Assembly (NCBI GenBank): GCA_031372565.1
Contig: JANMLN010000017.1
Location: 1 to 37,140 of the forward strand
Reading direction: 5' to 3'
Origin: Gemmatimonadota bacterium
GTDB taxonomy: Bacteria; Gemmatimonadota; Gemmatimonadetes; Gemmatimonadales; Gemmatimonadaceae
Length of the DNA: 37,140 nt
In this document: in pieces, positions 16,764 through 25,941 of the stretch
Layout of the letters: every line of letters begins with the position of its first letter
How positions within the stretch are numbered: the first letter of the stretch is position 1
Made by a program: the position numbers and the translations under genes
The notes under the pieces: model-generated
Told to the model about the DNA's origin: nothing
What the model saw: only the letters and a program-made list of their open reading frames with translations
Databases searched by the model: none

Positions 16764-17824
16764 GCGACGGCTCCATGTGGGAGGATGACCGTGCGAACTC
16801 CCGGTCCGTAGCGGTCCAGCGCGTCGAGCGCAGCGTTGATCTGCGCCGCATCGAGCGGCACCGTGCGCGTGACGACATCCGTCAGCTGCAGCGCACCCGT
16901 CCGCGTCAACTCGATCAACGGCTCGAGCTCGGACCGCAGATGGTCGTTGCACCCGATGAGTTCGGCTTCGGGACCGAGGATCTCGCGATAGGTCTCGATC
17001 GGCGTCTCGCCGGCGGTGAGACCCACGGCGACTGCGCGTCCCATGGGCGCGAGGACGCGCAGCGCCTGCCGCGTCGTCTCGGCGAGCCCCACCAGTTCCA
17101 GCGCGACGTCGACGCCGCGCCCACCGGTCGCGGCGCGCACCGATGCGACCACGTCGTCTGCTCCGGCGTGCACCACGACGGCCGCGCCGTGCGTCGCCGC
17201 CATCGCCAGGCGGTCGAGGTTGGTGTCCACGGCAATGACCTGCGCTGCCCCCATGGTACGCGCCAATTGCACGGCGGATTGGCCGAGGCCGCCAACGCCG
17301 AACACCGCGACGTGCTCGCCGGCGACGAGGCGCGACTTCCGCAGCGCATGATAGGCGGTGGCCGAGGCGCACATCAACGTGGCACCGGGCGCGGACGGCA
17401 CCGCGTCGGGCAGTGGCACCGCGTTGCGCGCGGGCACCGCCACATACTCCGCCCAGCCCCCGTCGATATGATGACCGAGCATGCGACAGTCGGCGCAGAA
17501 CTGCTCGTGGCCCTGCAGGCACCAGTCGCAGACGCCGCACGTGACGTTGTAGTGCAACACGACCCGCTCACCGACGCGGCGTCCGTGCACGCGCGCGCCG
17601 CATGCGGCGATCACGCCGGCGACCTCGTGCCCGAGCGTGCGGGGCAATGCCTTGGCGCCCGTGCGTCCACTGCGATAGTGCGCGTCGGAATGACAGATGC
17701 CGGCGGCGGTCACGCGCACGAGGACGTCGTCGGGTCCGGCGACGGGCACGGGCACCTGCTGAACTTCGACCGGCATGCGGGAGGCGACGAGGCGGACCGC
17801 GCGCATGGTGGAGGGAATGGACAT
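16760..17824 (-). CDS. Zinc-dependent alcohol dehydrogenase (MDR family)
   Basis: GICHSD, LGHEVAG, structural Zn motif CGVCDWC..C and Rossmann GVGGLG. Likely start is MSIPSTMRAV at 17824. Confidence 0.93.
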   Translation of the reverse strand: MSIPSTMRAVRLVASRMPVEVQQVPVPVAGPDDVLVRVTAAGICHSDAHYRSGRTGAKALPRTLGHEVAGVIAACGARVHGRRVGERVVLHYNVTCGVCDWCLQGHEQFCADCRMLGHHIDGGWAEYVAVPARNAVPLPDAVPSAPGATLMCASATAYHALRKSRLVAGEHVAVFGVGGLGQSAVQLARTMGAAQVIAVDTNLDRLAMAATHGAAVVVHAGADDVVASVRAATGGRGVDVALELVGLAETTRQALRVLAPMGRAVAVGLTAGETPIETYREILGPEAELIGCNDHLRSELEPLIELTRTGALQLTDVVTRTVPLDAAQINAALDALDRYGPGVRTVILPHGAVA

Positions 17825-17992
17825 GCGGTGCAAGATGTCGCGCCGACGCGTCGGACGCAGGTGCCGCGCGCCACACCCGTCGCGGTGTGCATGCCGTCGT
17901 GACCTGTCCTGCACGGCGGCGCCGGAGAGGCGCTGCAATCCGGTGCGTCCTGCAGCAGATTTCCCATCCTTGTCCCCCTCAGCCGAACGCGC

Positions 17993-19705
17993 ATGATTTC
18001 CCTTCCTGCATCGCCCGACCACTTCGCCACCGCGACGTGGGACGACGTCATGCCGTGGTACGAACAGCTGGCCACGATCCCGGTGACCGACGACGCATCG
18101 GAACGCTGGCTGGCGGCATGGTCACGCCTGGAGGAGTTGCTCGGTGAGGCGGGCACCAAGGCCATGATCGACTACACGTGCGACACGGCCGATGCGGCCA
18201 AGGAGGCCGCGTACCTCCGCTTCTCGTCCGACATCGGCCCGAAGGCGCACGAGCAGTCGGTCCGGCTCGCGCGCCGGGCGCTCGCGCTGGGCATCACGCG
18301 GGACGACCTCGCGACGACGATGCGCGAGTTCCGCACGGACGCGGAGATCTTCCGTGAGGCGAATGTTGCGCGCGAGGGCGAGATCGAGGAGCTGTCCGCC
18401 GCGTACCAGAAGGTGACGGGCGGCCTGAGCGTCGATTGGGACGGCGTCGCCAAGACGATCCCGCAGCTCGGCCCGTTCTTGCAGGATCCTGATCGCGCCG
18501 TGCGTGAGCGCGCCTTCCGCGCCGGGGCGAAGGCCTACCTCGACGTGCGTGATGAGCTCGCCGGACAGTTCGACCGCATGTACGCCCTGCGGACCGCGGT
18601 CTCCGCCGAGGCCGGCTTCGACGACTACCAGGCCTACACCTTCCGCTCGAAGTTCCGCTTCGACTACACGCCGGCGGACTGCGCCCGGTTCCACCGCGGC
18701 GTGGAAGCCACCGTGGTGCCGGCGGTGAAGCGCCTGCACGAGCACCGCCAGTCACTGCTCGGGGTCACGCAACTGCGACCGTGGGACTTGGGGGTCGATC
18801 CGTTGAGCCGGCCCGCGCTCGCGCCGTTCGACACCATCGACGCATTTACGGGAGCCGCGGAGCGCGTGTTCACGCGCGTGGACCCCGAGTTGGGCGCGCG
18901 CTTCGCCCGCATGCGCCGCGAGGGGTTGCTCGATCTGGACAGCCGCCCCGGCAAGGCGCCGGGCGGTTACTGCACCAAGTATCCGTCCTCCAAGGTGCCG
19001 TTCATCTTCATGAATGCGGTCGGCGTGGCGGACGACGTGACCACGCTGCTCCACGAGGCGGGGCACTGCTTCCATGACTTCGAGTCGAGCGGCCAGCCGT
19101 TCATCTGGCAGCGCGGCACCGGATCGGAGATGGCCGAACTCGCGAGCATGAGCATGGAACTGCTCGCGGCGCCGTACCTGGCGCTGCCGACGGGCTGGTT
19201 CAGCGATGCGGACGCGCGCCGAGCGCGCGCCGAGCATCTCGAAGACGTGCTCATCGCCTTGGCGCACATTGCCTGCGTGGACGCCTTTCAGGCATGGATC
19301 TACACGAGCGGGCAGGGGCACGATGCCGCCGCGCGCGACGCCGCCTGGCTCGAGACGCGCGCCCGGTTCGAGCAGGGGGTGGACTGGACCGGACTCGAGC
19401 GCGAGCGCACGTCGCGCTGGTACAGGCAGCTGCACATCTTCGAGCTGCCGTTCTACTACATCGAGTACGGACTCGCGCAGTTCGGTGCGCTGGCGCTCTG
19501 GCACGAGAGCTTGCGCGATCCCGCAGCAGCGGTTGCTCGCTACCGTGGTGCCCTCGCACTCGGCGGCACGCGATCGTTGCCGGAACTCTATCGCGCGGCC
19601 GGCGTTCAACTGGTGTTCGACGAGGCGGCGATGGCGCCCCTCGTGGCGCTGGTTGAACGCACCATCGCCGAGCTGCGTGCCGACGCACCGTCTCCGCCGC
19701 GCTGA
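17993..19705 (+). CDS. M3 family oligoendopeptidase (PepF-like)
   Basis: GKAPGGYC, HEAGH zinc motif, EMAELASMSME and HIFELPFYYIEY. Confidence 0.95.
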   Translation: MISLPASPDHFATATWDDVMPWYEQLATIPVTDDASERWLAAWSRLEELLGEAGTKAMIDYTCDTADAAKEAAYLRFSSDIGPKAHEQSVRLARRALALGITRDDLATTMREFRTDAEIFREANVAREGEIEELSAAYQKVTGGLSVDWDGVAKTIPQLGPFLQDPDRAVRERAFRAGAKAYLDVRDELAGQFDRMYALRTAVSAEAGFDDYQAYTFRSKFRFDYTPADCARFHRGVEATVVPAVKRLHEHRQSLLGVTQLRPWDLGVDPLSRPALAPFDTIDAFTGAAERVFTRVDPELGARFARMRREGLLDLDSRPGKAPGGYCTKYPSSKVPFIFMNAVGVADDVTTLLHEAGHCFHDFESSGQPFIWQRGTGSEMAELASMSMELLAAPYLALPTGWFSDADARRARAEHLEDVLIALAHIACVDAFQAWIYTSGQGHDAAARDAAWLETRARFEQGVDWTGLERERTSRWYRQLHIFELPFYYIEYGLAQFGALALWHESLRDPAAAVARYRGALALGGTRSLPELYRAAGVQLVFDEAAMAPLVALVERTIAELRADAPSPPR

Positions 19706-19754
19706 CGCGTCGTTCCACTCACGGCCGCACGCGGCTTACCCCAGGGAGTCCCGC

Positions 19755-20300
19755 ATGTCCGAAGCCAGTCCGGTGCGCAACGAGACCCTCAGTCCCGCCC
19801 TGCTCGAACGCCTGCGCGACGACGCGCCGCTCTCGCGCCGCGACCTGCTCGCGCTCGGCGCCGCGACCATGGCCACGGCCGCGATGGCCGCGTGCGGGGG
19901 AGGGGGCGATGCGAACGGGGGCAGCGGCGGCCCCACCGGACCGGGCCCCGGGGTCGTGCCGACCGGGGTGACGATCGCCGGCGCGGGCATCACGGTGAAC
20001 CTCACGATACGGCCGGAGCTCGCGGCACCCGGCAGCTTTCTCGTGGTCACCAGCGGAACCGCCAACGCGATCATCATCTGCCTGGGCGCGAACAACTGGA
20101 AGGCCTTCACCCCGTTCTGCACGCACCAGCAGTGTGTCGTGACCTCGTTCGCGGCGAACCGGATCAATTGTCCATGTCACGGCTCGCAGTTCGACACCAA
20201 TGGCAATCCGGTCGCAGGGCCCGCGCCGACGGCGCTGACGAGCTTCACCGTCGCCTTCGCCTCGTCGACCAATACACTGCAGGTGACGACGACGAGCTGA
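19755..20300 (+). CDS. Rieske [2Fe-2S] protein, Tat-exported lipoprotein
   Basis: SRRDLL twin-arginine motif, MAAC lipobox, Rieske boxes CTHQQC and CPCHGS. GGGAG lies upstream of ATG 19755. Confidence 0.9.
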   Translation: MSEASPVRNETLSPALLERLRDDAPLSRRDLLALGAATMATAAMAACGGGGDANGGSGGPTGPGPGVVPTGVTIAGAGITVNLTIRPELAAPGSFLVVTSGTANAIIICLGANNWKAFTPFCTHQQCVVTSFAANRINCPCHGSQFDTNGNPVAGPAPTALTSFTVAFASSTNTLQVTTTS

Positions 20301-20336
20301 GCGCGCGGAGTCGCGCACGGCCATCTTTCCGGCCGG

Positions 20337-20918
20337 ATGCTGTCCGAACCCCTCGTCTGGATCGAGTACGTCGCCGCCGCGTTCGGCATGGTGAGCGTGT
20401 GGCTGTCCACGCGCGAGCGGCTGGCGGCGTGGCCGACCGCAATCGTGAACGTGCTGCTCTACGTCGTCGTGTTCCGGGCACAGAAGCTGTACGCGGACAT
20501 GGGGCTGCAGGTGATCTATGCGATCATCTCCGTGTATGGCTGGTGGCACTGGGCGCGCGGCGACGCGGGCGCGTCAACCCTGAAGGTCAGCCGCACCCCA
20601 CCGGCGGAGCGCGCCCGGCTCGCGGCAATCGCCGTGCTGTCGAGCGCCGCGTTGGGCGTCGTGCTCTCGCGCTACACCGATGCGTCGCTTCCGTGGGCCG
20701 ATGCGGCGCTCTCGGCCACCAGTCTCGTCGCCCAGTGGATGCTGACGCGCAAGTTGATCGAGAACTGGCTCGTCTGGATCGCGCTCGATGTCTGCTACGT
20801 CGCCATGTTCGCGCTCAAGGGACTCTGGCCGACGGCGGCCCTCTACGCGGTCTTTCTCGTCCTGGCGTGGATGGGCTGGCGCCAGTGGCGCGAATCTCTG
20901 GCGCGACCCGTCACGTAA
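20337..20918 (+). CDS. pnuC: PnuC family nicotinamide riboside/vitamin transporter
   Basis: KLYADMGLQ, YGWWHW, AQWMLTRKLIENWLVWIALD. Confidence 0.92.
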   Translation: MLSEPLVWIEYVAAAFGMVSVWLSTRERLAAWPTAIVNVLLYVVVFRAQKLYADMGLQVIYAIISVYGWWHWARGDAGASTLKVSRTPPAERARLAAIAVLSSAALGVVLSRYTDASLPWADAALSATSLVAQWMLTRKLIENWLVWIALDVCYVAMFALKGLWPTAALYAVFLVLAWMGWRQWRESLARPVT

Positions 20919-20925
20919 GGACAGC

Positions 20926-21702
20926 ACGTCCCTCACACACCTCTGCCCACCACGCGCTCCCACCAGGGCCACCGCGCGCGGGTCGTCGTACTGGCGCGTT
21001 GGGCGCGCGCCCCGCTACTCGCTGATCCTCGCGGCGCCGCTGCTGGCGCTCTACGAGGTGCTGGCGGCGGTCACGACGGGCAGCGGCGCGGGCGCGATCC
21101 GGAACGGAGCCGATGTCGTCCTGAGCAATGCGGTGTCGGCCGTGGTTGGCGATCGGGGTCCGCTCCTCCTTGGTGTGTTGCTGGTCGGCGGCGGTGGCAT
21201 CCTCGTCTGGCGCGATATCCGGAAGCATGCGGCGCCCTCATCGGCGCGCCTCGCGCTCATGTTCGCGGAATCGCTGCTGCTCGCGGCGCTCACCTGGATC
21301 GTCGTCGGATCGTTGACGCAAGGGCTGCTCTCGCGGCTGCACCTGCTGTCGGGACCGTCGAGCCTCGATCTGCCCACGCAGCTCGTGCTCTCGCTGGGGG
21401 CGGGCCTCTACGAGGAACTGCTCTTTCGCGTGCTCCTCGTGGGAGGGCTGCTCGCCGCCGGCGAGGTCGTGCTGGGCTGGTCGCGTCCAGTCGCCGGCAC
21501 GGTGGCCGTGGTGCTCTCGGCACTCGTGTTCTCGGCCTTTCACTACATCGGGCCGATGGGTGACACGCTCACGCTCGCAAGCTTCACCTTCCGCGCGCTC
21601 GCCGGGCTCTGGTTCAGCGGGCTGTACGTGACACGTGGCTTCGGGATCACGGCATGGGCCCACGCCCTGTACGACGTGGCGATCACCCTGCTGCTCGGCT
21701 AG
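20926..21702 (+). CDS. CPBP (CAAX/Abi) family intramembrane glutamic protease; start uncertain
   Basis: EELLFR, FSAFHY and HALYD motifs with multiple TM segments. There is no canonical in-frame start between the pnuC stop and the first TM helix. Confidence 0.82.
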   Translation, partial: TSLTHLCPPRAPTRATARGSSYWRVGRAPRYSLILAAPLLALYEVLAAVTTGSGAGAIRNGADVVLSNAVSAVVGDRGPLLLGVLLVGGGGILVWRDIRKHAAPSSARLALMFAESLLLAALTWIVVGSLTQGLLSRLHLLSGPSSLDLPTQLVLSLGAGLYEELLFRVLLVGGLLAAGEVVLGWSRPVAGTVAVVLSALVFSAFHYIGPMGDTLTLASFTFRALAGLWFSGLYVTRGFGITAWAHALYDVAITLLLG

Positions 21703-21705
21703 CGA

Positions 21706-23427
21706 TCAGGTCTGCACGCGCGAGGCCTGCGCCGCCAGCCGCTCCGCTACGGTCACCAACTGCTGCGACGAGCTCGCGATCGCGTGGCCTGCGGCGCCCT
21801 GCGCATGCACGGTCGCGCTCACCTGGGCCGCGCTCGCGGCGTTCTGTTCGGCCGCGCTCGCGACCAGCTCGACCTCGCGCACCAGGTCATCGGCCGCTGC
21901 GCGCTGGGGATTGGCCGCCGCCACGATGACAGCGACCGCATCGCGGCTCTCGGAGATGTCGGCACCTACAGTCGCGAGTGAGCGTGTCGCCGTGCCCACG
22001 GCAGAGGCCCCTTCACGCACGCTGTCGCGAATGCGTTCGAGTCGCTGCGTCGTGCGATCGGCCACGTCGCGCAATCCGGTCGTGAGCTGGCGGATGCCCC
22101 CGAGCGCTCCGGCGCTCTGCCCTGCGAGCACGCGAATCTCGTTGGCGACAACACCGAATCCCTTGCCGTGCTCCTGTGCACGCGCGGCCTCGATGGCGGC
22201 ATTGATCGACAACAGGTTCGACTGCCGTGCGATCGCATCGATCTCGTCGGCGAATCCTTCGATGCGCTTGGAGAGTTCACGCAGCTCGCCGATGGTTGGC
22301 TGCGCTTCATCGGCTGCCGTCCGGATCTGTCCGAACCCTTCGCTCGCGACGCCGGCGGCGTCGCGTGCATGCTGTGTCCCGGCCTCTGCGCGGTGCGCGG
22401 CGGCTGCCGCCTGCGTCGCCGATGACGCCATCGCCGCCGCGCCCTCCGCCACGACGGCTGCCGAGACGACCACCGAGCGGAGCGCCACGGTTTGGCTCTC
22501 GGCGGCGCGCGCGATATCGGCGGCCGCGCCATCGACTTCGGCCGCCGTCTGCTGAAGCGACGAGGCGGAGGAGGCGAGCGTTCGCGCGGATCGATCGGCG
22601 ACCCCCGCAGTGTCGCGCAGGTCGGTGAAGGCGGTGCGCATCGCCTCGGTCATGGCACCGAAGGATACCGCGAGCGCCGCGACTTCATCGTTGCCTCCCG
22701 TGGGCGCACTGACGCGCAGGTCGCCTGCCGCCACCGACCGCGCCGCGCGTTCGAGGGCGCGCAGCGGGTGCGTGACGGCCGTGACCAGCCGCCACCCCAG
22801 TACCACGACGACCACGAGCACCACCACCGCCGCGATCAAGACCAGCCTTCGGTCGCGCTGAACCCGTACCCCCTGCGCCTCGACCTCGCGCGCCGCCTCC
22901 GTCTCATAGGCGGCGACGATCGTGTCGATCAACGCTGTCGGGGGGCGGTCCAGTCCCTTGACCATGCCATCCGCCTCGCCCGCCGAGCGGCCACGCACGG
23001 CATCAAAACGACCGAACGCCGAGTCGTAGCGCACGGCCATTTGGGCATGCGCCGCCGTGAACCGACCGAAGAGCTCGCGCGTGGCGGCGTCCGTGGAGCG
23101 GGCGGCCAGACGACGGGCCTGCTCATCCACGTCGCGCTCGCGCTCGTGAAAGGCGCTCATGTACTTGACCCGCTGCGCGGAGTCCGCGCCGCGGAGCAGC
23201 ACGTCCTTCCACTCCTGCACCTGCTTCTTGAACGTGACCTGCATGCGGCGTGCGTCGAGCGCATCGCGCACGTCGTGCGAGATCAGCGCGCGGTAGCCCG
23301 CGTCGACCGAGCCCAGGCGGATCAGGGCGAAGCCGACGACGGCGGCTGCGGGGATCAGTCCCCCCAGCAGCACAATGACGAGCTGCGTCGCGAGACGGCC
23401 GCGTCGGAGGTTGGATGAGCCAAGCAT
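21706..23427 (-). CDS. Methyl-accepting chemotaxis protein (TM, helical periplasmic sensor, TM, HAMP, signalling domain)
   Basis: IARQSNLLSINAAIEAARAQEHGKGFGVVANEIRVLA signalling tip. HAMP domain PLRALERAARSVAAGDL...DEVAALA. Confidence 0.95.
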   Translation of the reverse strand: MLGSSNLRRGRLATQLVIVLLGGLIPAAAVVGFALIRLGSVDAGYRALISHDVRDALDARRMQVTFKKQVQEWKDVLLRGADSAQRVKYMSAFHERERDVDEQARRLAARSTDAATRELFGRFTAAHAQMAVRYDSAFGRFDAVRGRSAGEADGMVKGLDRPPTALIDTIVAAYETEAAREVEAQGVRVQRDRRLVLIAAVVVLVVVVVLGWRLVTAVTHPLRALERAARSVAAGDLRVSAPTGGNDEVAALAVSFGAMTEAMRTAFTDLRDTAGVADRSARTLASSASSLQQTAAEVDGAAADIARAAESQTVALRSVVVSAAVVAEGAAAMASSATQAAAAAHRAEAGTQHARDAAGVASEGFGQIRTAADEAQPTIGELRELSKRIEGFADEIDAIARQSNLLSINAAIEAARAQEHGKGFGVVANEIRVLAGQSAGALGGIRQLTTGLRDVADRTTQRLERIRDSVREGASAVGTATRSLATVGADISESRDAVAVIVAAANPQRAAADDLVREVELVASAAEQNAASAAQVSATVHAQGAAGHAIASSSQQLVTVAERLAAQASRVQT

Positions 23428-23601
23428 GAGATACCCAAACTATCGGACGCCACGGGAGCCGTCACACGCACGAACCGTGCCCGTTACACAGCCGATGCGC
23501 GTCTGTTGGCGCTAACTGACGCAGCAACGGGAGGTTAGGGGTCGGATCGTGCGTCCCCCCTCGACTGCGCACCCGGAAGGGGCGCCCTGCCCGGAGTTGA
23601 C

Positions 23602-24450
23602 ATGGTCCCCACCCGTACTGGTATCCGTCGCGTGATCGTCGTCGTGCTCGACGGGCTTCGCCCCGACGCGATCGCACGCTTCGACCTCGCCCACCTTCGC
23701 CGCGCCATGCAGGGAGGCGCGTCCACGCTGGACGGCGTCACCGTCAGCCCCTCCGTCACCGCCGCCGCGATGACCTCGCTCTTCACGGGGGTTCCGCCGC
23801 GACTGCATGGCATCGAGAGCGACCGGTTCCATCTGCCGTCGCCGCGCCGTCAGCTGCAGCCGATGACGCAGCTGGTCGCCGCCGCCGGTCTGCCGGTCTC
23901 GGTCTTCATGGCAGAGATTCCCTTCCTGTTCCGCGGCCTCGCCAAGCGGTTTGCACGCGTGGCCGGCGTCGAGGACACGCACCTGGTTGGCAACACGGCG
24001 CCGGAGATCCTCATGGCGGCGCGGCATCGACTCTCGGCGCAGCGACGCGGTCTCCTGCTCTTCCACTGGCCCGATGCCGATCGCGCCGGTCATGCCCACG
24101 GCTGGATGTCGGCGCCGTACGCCGAGGCGGCGCGTCGCCTCGATGCGTCCTTCGGCCTGCTGTGTGCGCTCTGCGAAGTGAGTCGCGACCCGGGCACGCT
24201 CGTGATCGCGCTCGCCGATCACGGCGGCGGCGGCGTCAAGGCAGACGATCACGACTCGCCCCACCCGCTCGATCGCACCATTCCGATCCTGCTCGCAGGC
24301 GGCGGGGTACAGGCGGGGGCACTCGCACCGTTTGCCTCGCTGCTCGACGTGCCGCCCACCGTGCTCTGGTCGCTCGGTCTCCCGGTGCCTGCCGCATGGA
24401 CCGGACGTCCGTTGCTCGAAGCGTTCGCCCCAGTCGAAGTCGCCGCCTGA
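23602..24450 (+). CDS. Alkaline phosphatase superfamily (type I phosphodiesterase / nucleotide pyrophosphatase) protein
   Basis: VVLDGLRPD, SPSVT nucleophile region, DRAGH, ADHGG and DVPPT motifs; no signal peptide. Confidence 0.88.
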   Translation: MVPTRTGIRRVIVVVLDGLRPDAIARFDLAHLRRAMQGGASTLDGVTVSPSVTAAAMTSLFTGVPPRLHGIESDRFHLPSPRRQLQPMTQLVAAAGLPVSVFMAEIPFLFRGLAKRFARVAGVEDTHLVGNTAPEILMAARHRLSAQRRGLLLFHWPDADRAGHAHGWMSAPYAEAARRLDASFGLLCALCEVSRDPGTLVIALADHGGGGVKADDHDSPHPLDRTIPILLAGGGVQAGALAPFASLLDVPPTVLWSLGLPVPAAWTGRPLLEAFAPVEVAA

Positions 24451-24645
24451 CCTCGCGGTCGCGAGCAATGGCCAACCTGCTCGCGGGTGCACGAGATCGC
24501 GGATCGTCGTTACCTTCCGGTCGTCGGCCCGTGACGCGAACCTCGCGTCGTGCGCCGCCGACAGAGGGTGGAGTCCTACGCTACGCTCATTGCGCGCTGC
24601 CATCGATTGCAGCGCCGAACATCGTCCGCGCCGCAGGCCCGCGGG

Positions 24646-25941
24646 ATGTCGATGACGGCGACGCCAGCGCTGCGCGTGTCCGTCGCGGCCCCCGGTGCGT
24701 CGCTCACCGATCGTCTCTTTCCGGGCGTCGCGGGGCCCGTCATCGATCTGGTCAGCGATCCGCTGCCGCCCGTGCTGCGACCGGCGGCATCGATGGCCGT
24801 GCTCGATGTGACGGAGTTCTTCGCCGAGTCGAGCGGCGGGATTCGGACCTATCTGCTGCAGAAGGCTGCATATGTCGAAGCGCGCCCCGCGCTGCGACAG
24901 ACGCTGTTGGTGCCCGGACCGAAGGACGCGATCCATGACGCTGACGGCGTGCGGTGCTACCGGGCCCACGGGCCCCCCGTCCCGCGCGGCACACCCTATC
25001 GATTCATGTTCGCCGCGCGTGCCACGCGCCGCGTCGTGGAGCACGAGCAGCCCGACGTCATCGAGGTGGGCAGCCCGGGCCTCGTGCCGTGGCTGCTGCA
25101 GCACGCGAACCGCTCGACGCACATTCCGCTCGTCTATTTCTACCATTCCAACTTCCCGCGCGTCATCAGCGCCTTTCCCGAGCGAGACGGCGGGGTCCGG
25201 TCGCGGCTGTCGCGCCTCGCGTGGCGCTACGCGCGGCGGATCGACCGGATGTTCGACCTGACCGTGGTCACCTCGCAGTTCTCGGCCAACGAACTGCGCG
25301 CGGCCGGGATCGATCGGGTGGTGCGCGTGCCGCTCGGGGTTGATCTCGCCACGTTCACCCCCGCCCGGCGCGCCTGGCGCGATGCGACGCGTCGTGCGCA
25401 CGGACTGCCGCTGGACGTTCCGCTCGTCGGATACGTTGGCCGCTTCGACCGCGAGAAGGAGCTCGAGGTGCTCCTGCACGCATGGGCCGCGGTCGAGCGG
25501 CAGACCGACGCGTGGCTCGTGCTGGTGGGCGATGGGCCGCGCAAGGCTGCGCTGCTGGAATTTGCGGCGGGGCGGCGCGTCCGCGTGTTGCCCTTTCTCT
25601 CGGATCGTGTCGGACTCGCGGACGTGCATGCCACGTTCGATGTGTGCGTCGCGCCCTGTTCCGTCGAGACGTTCGGCCTGTCGTCGCTAGAGGCGCTGGC
25701 GAGCGGGACTCCCGTCCTCGCTGCGGATCGCGGCGGCGTGGCGGAGCAGGTGCACGCGTCCGGGGCGGGGCGCGTGTTCGCAGCCGGATCCAGCGCGTCG
25801 CTGGCCGAGGAGATGGTGCAGCTCCTGCAGTCGGACCTCGCCACGCTCGGCCCGCGCGGCCGCAGCTTCGCGGAGCGCGAGCACGACTGGAGCCACGTCT
25901 TCGACCGGCTCTTCGCCGTGTACCGCGAGGTGGCACGGTGA
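24646..25941 (+). CDS. GT4 family glycosyltransferase
   Basis: SGGIRTY, VPLGVD, YVGRFDREK and ETFGLSSLEALASGTPV. Start is approximate (ATG 24646 or 24652). Confidence 0.9.
   Translation: MSMTATPALRVSVAAPGASLTDRLFPGVAGPVIDLVSDPLPPVLRPAASMAVLDVTEFFAESSGGIRTYLLQKAAYVEARPALRQTLLVPGPKDAIHDADGVRCYRAHGPPVPRGTPYRFMFAARATRRVVEHEQPDVIEVGSPGLVPWLLQHANRSTHIPLVYFYHSNFPRVISAFPERDGGVRSRLSRLAWRYARRIDRMFDLTVVTSQFSANELRAAGIDRVVRVPLGVDLATFTPARRAWRDATRRAHGLPLDVPLVGYVGRFDREKELEVLLHAWAAVERQTDAWLVLVGDGPRKAALLEFAAGRRVRVLPFLSDRVGLADVHATFDVCVAPCSVETFGLSSLEALASGTPVLAADRGGVAEQVHASGAGRVFAAGSSASLAEEMVQLLQSDLATLGPRGRSFAEREHDWSHVFDRLFAVYREVAR

Noticed and set aside
20301..20336. NAD or vitamin riboswitch ahead of pnuC
   Set aside because: The intergenic gap is only 36 bp, too short for a known riboswitch.
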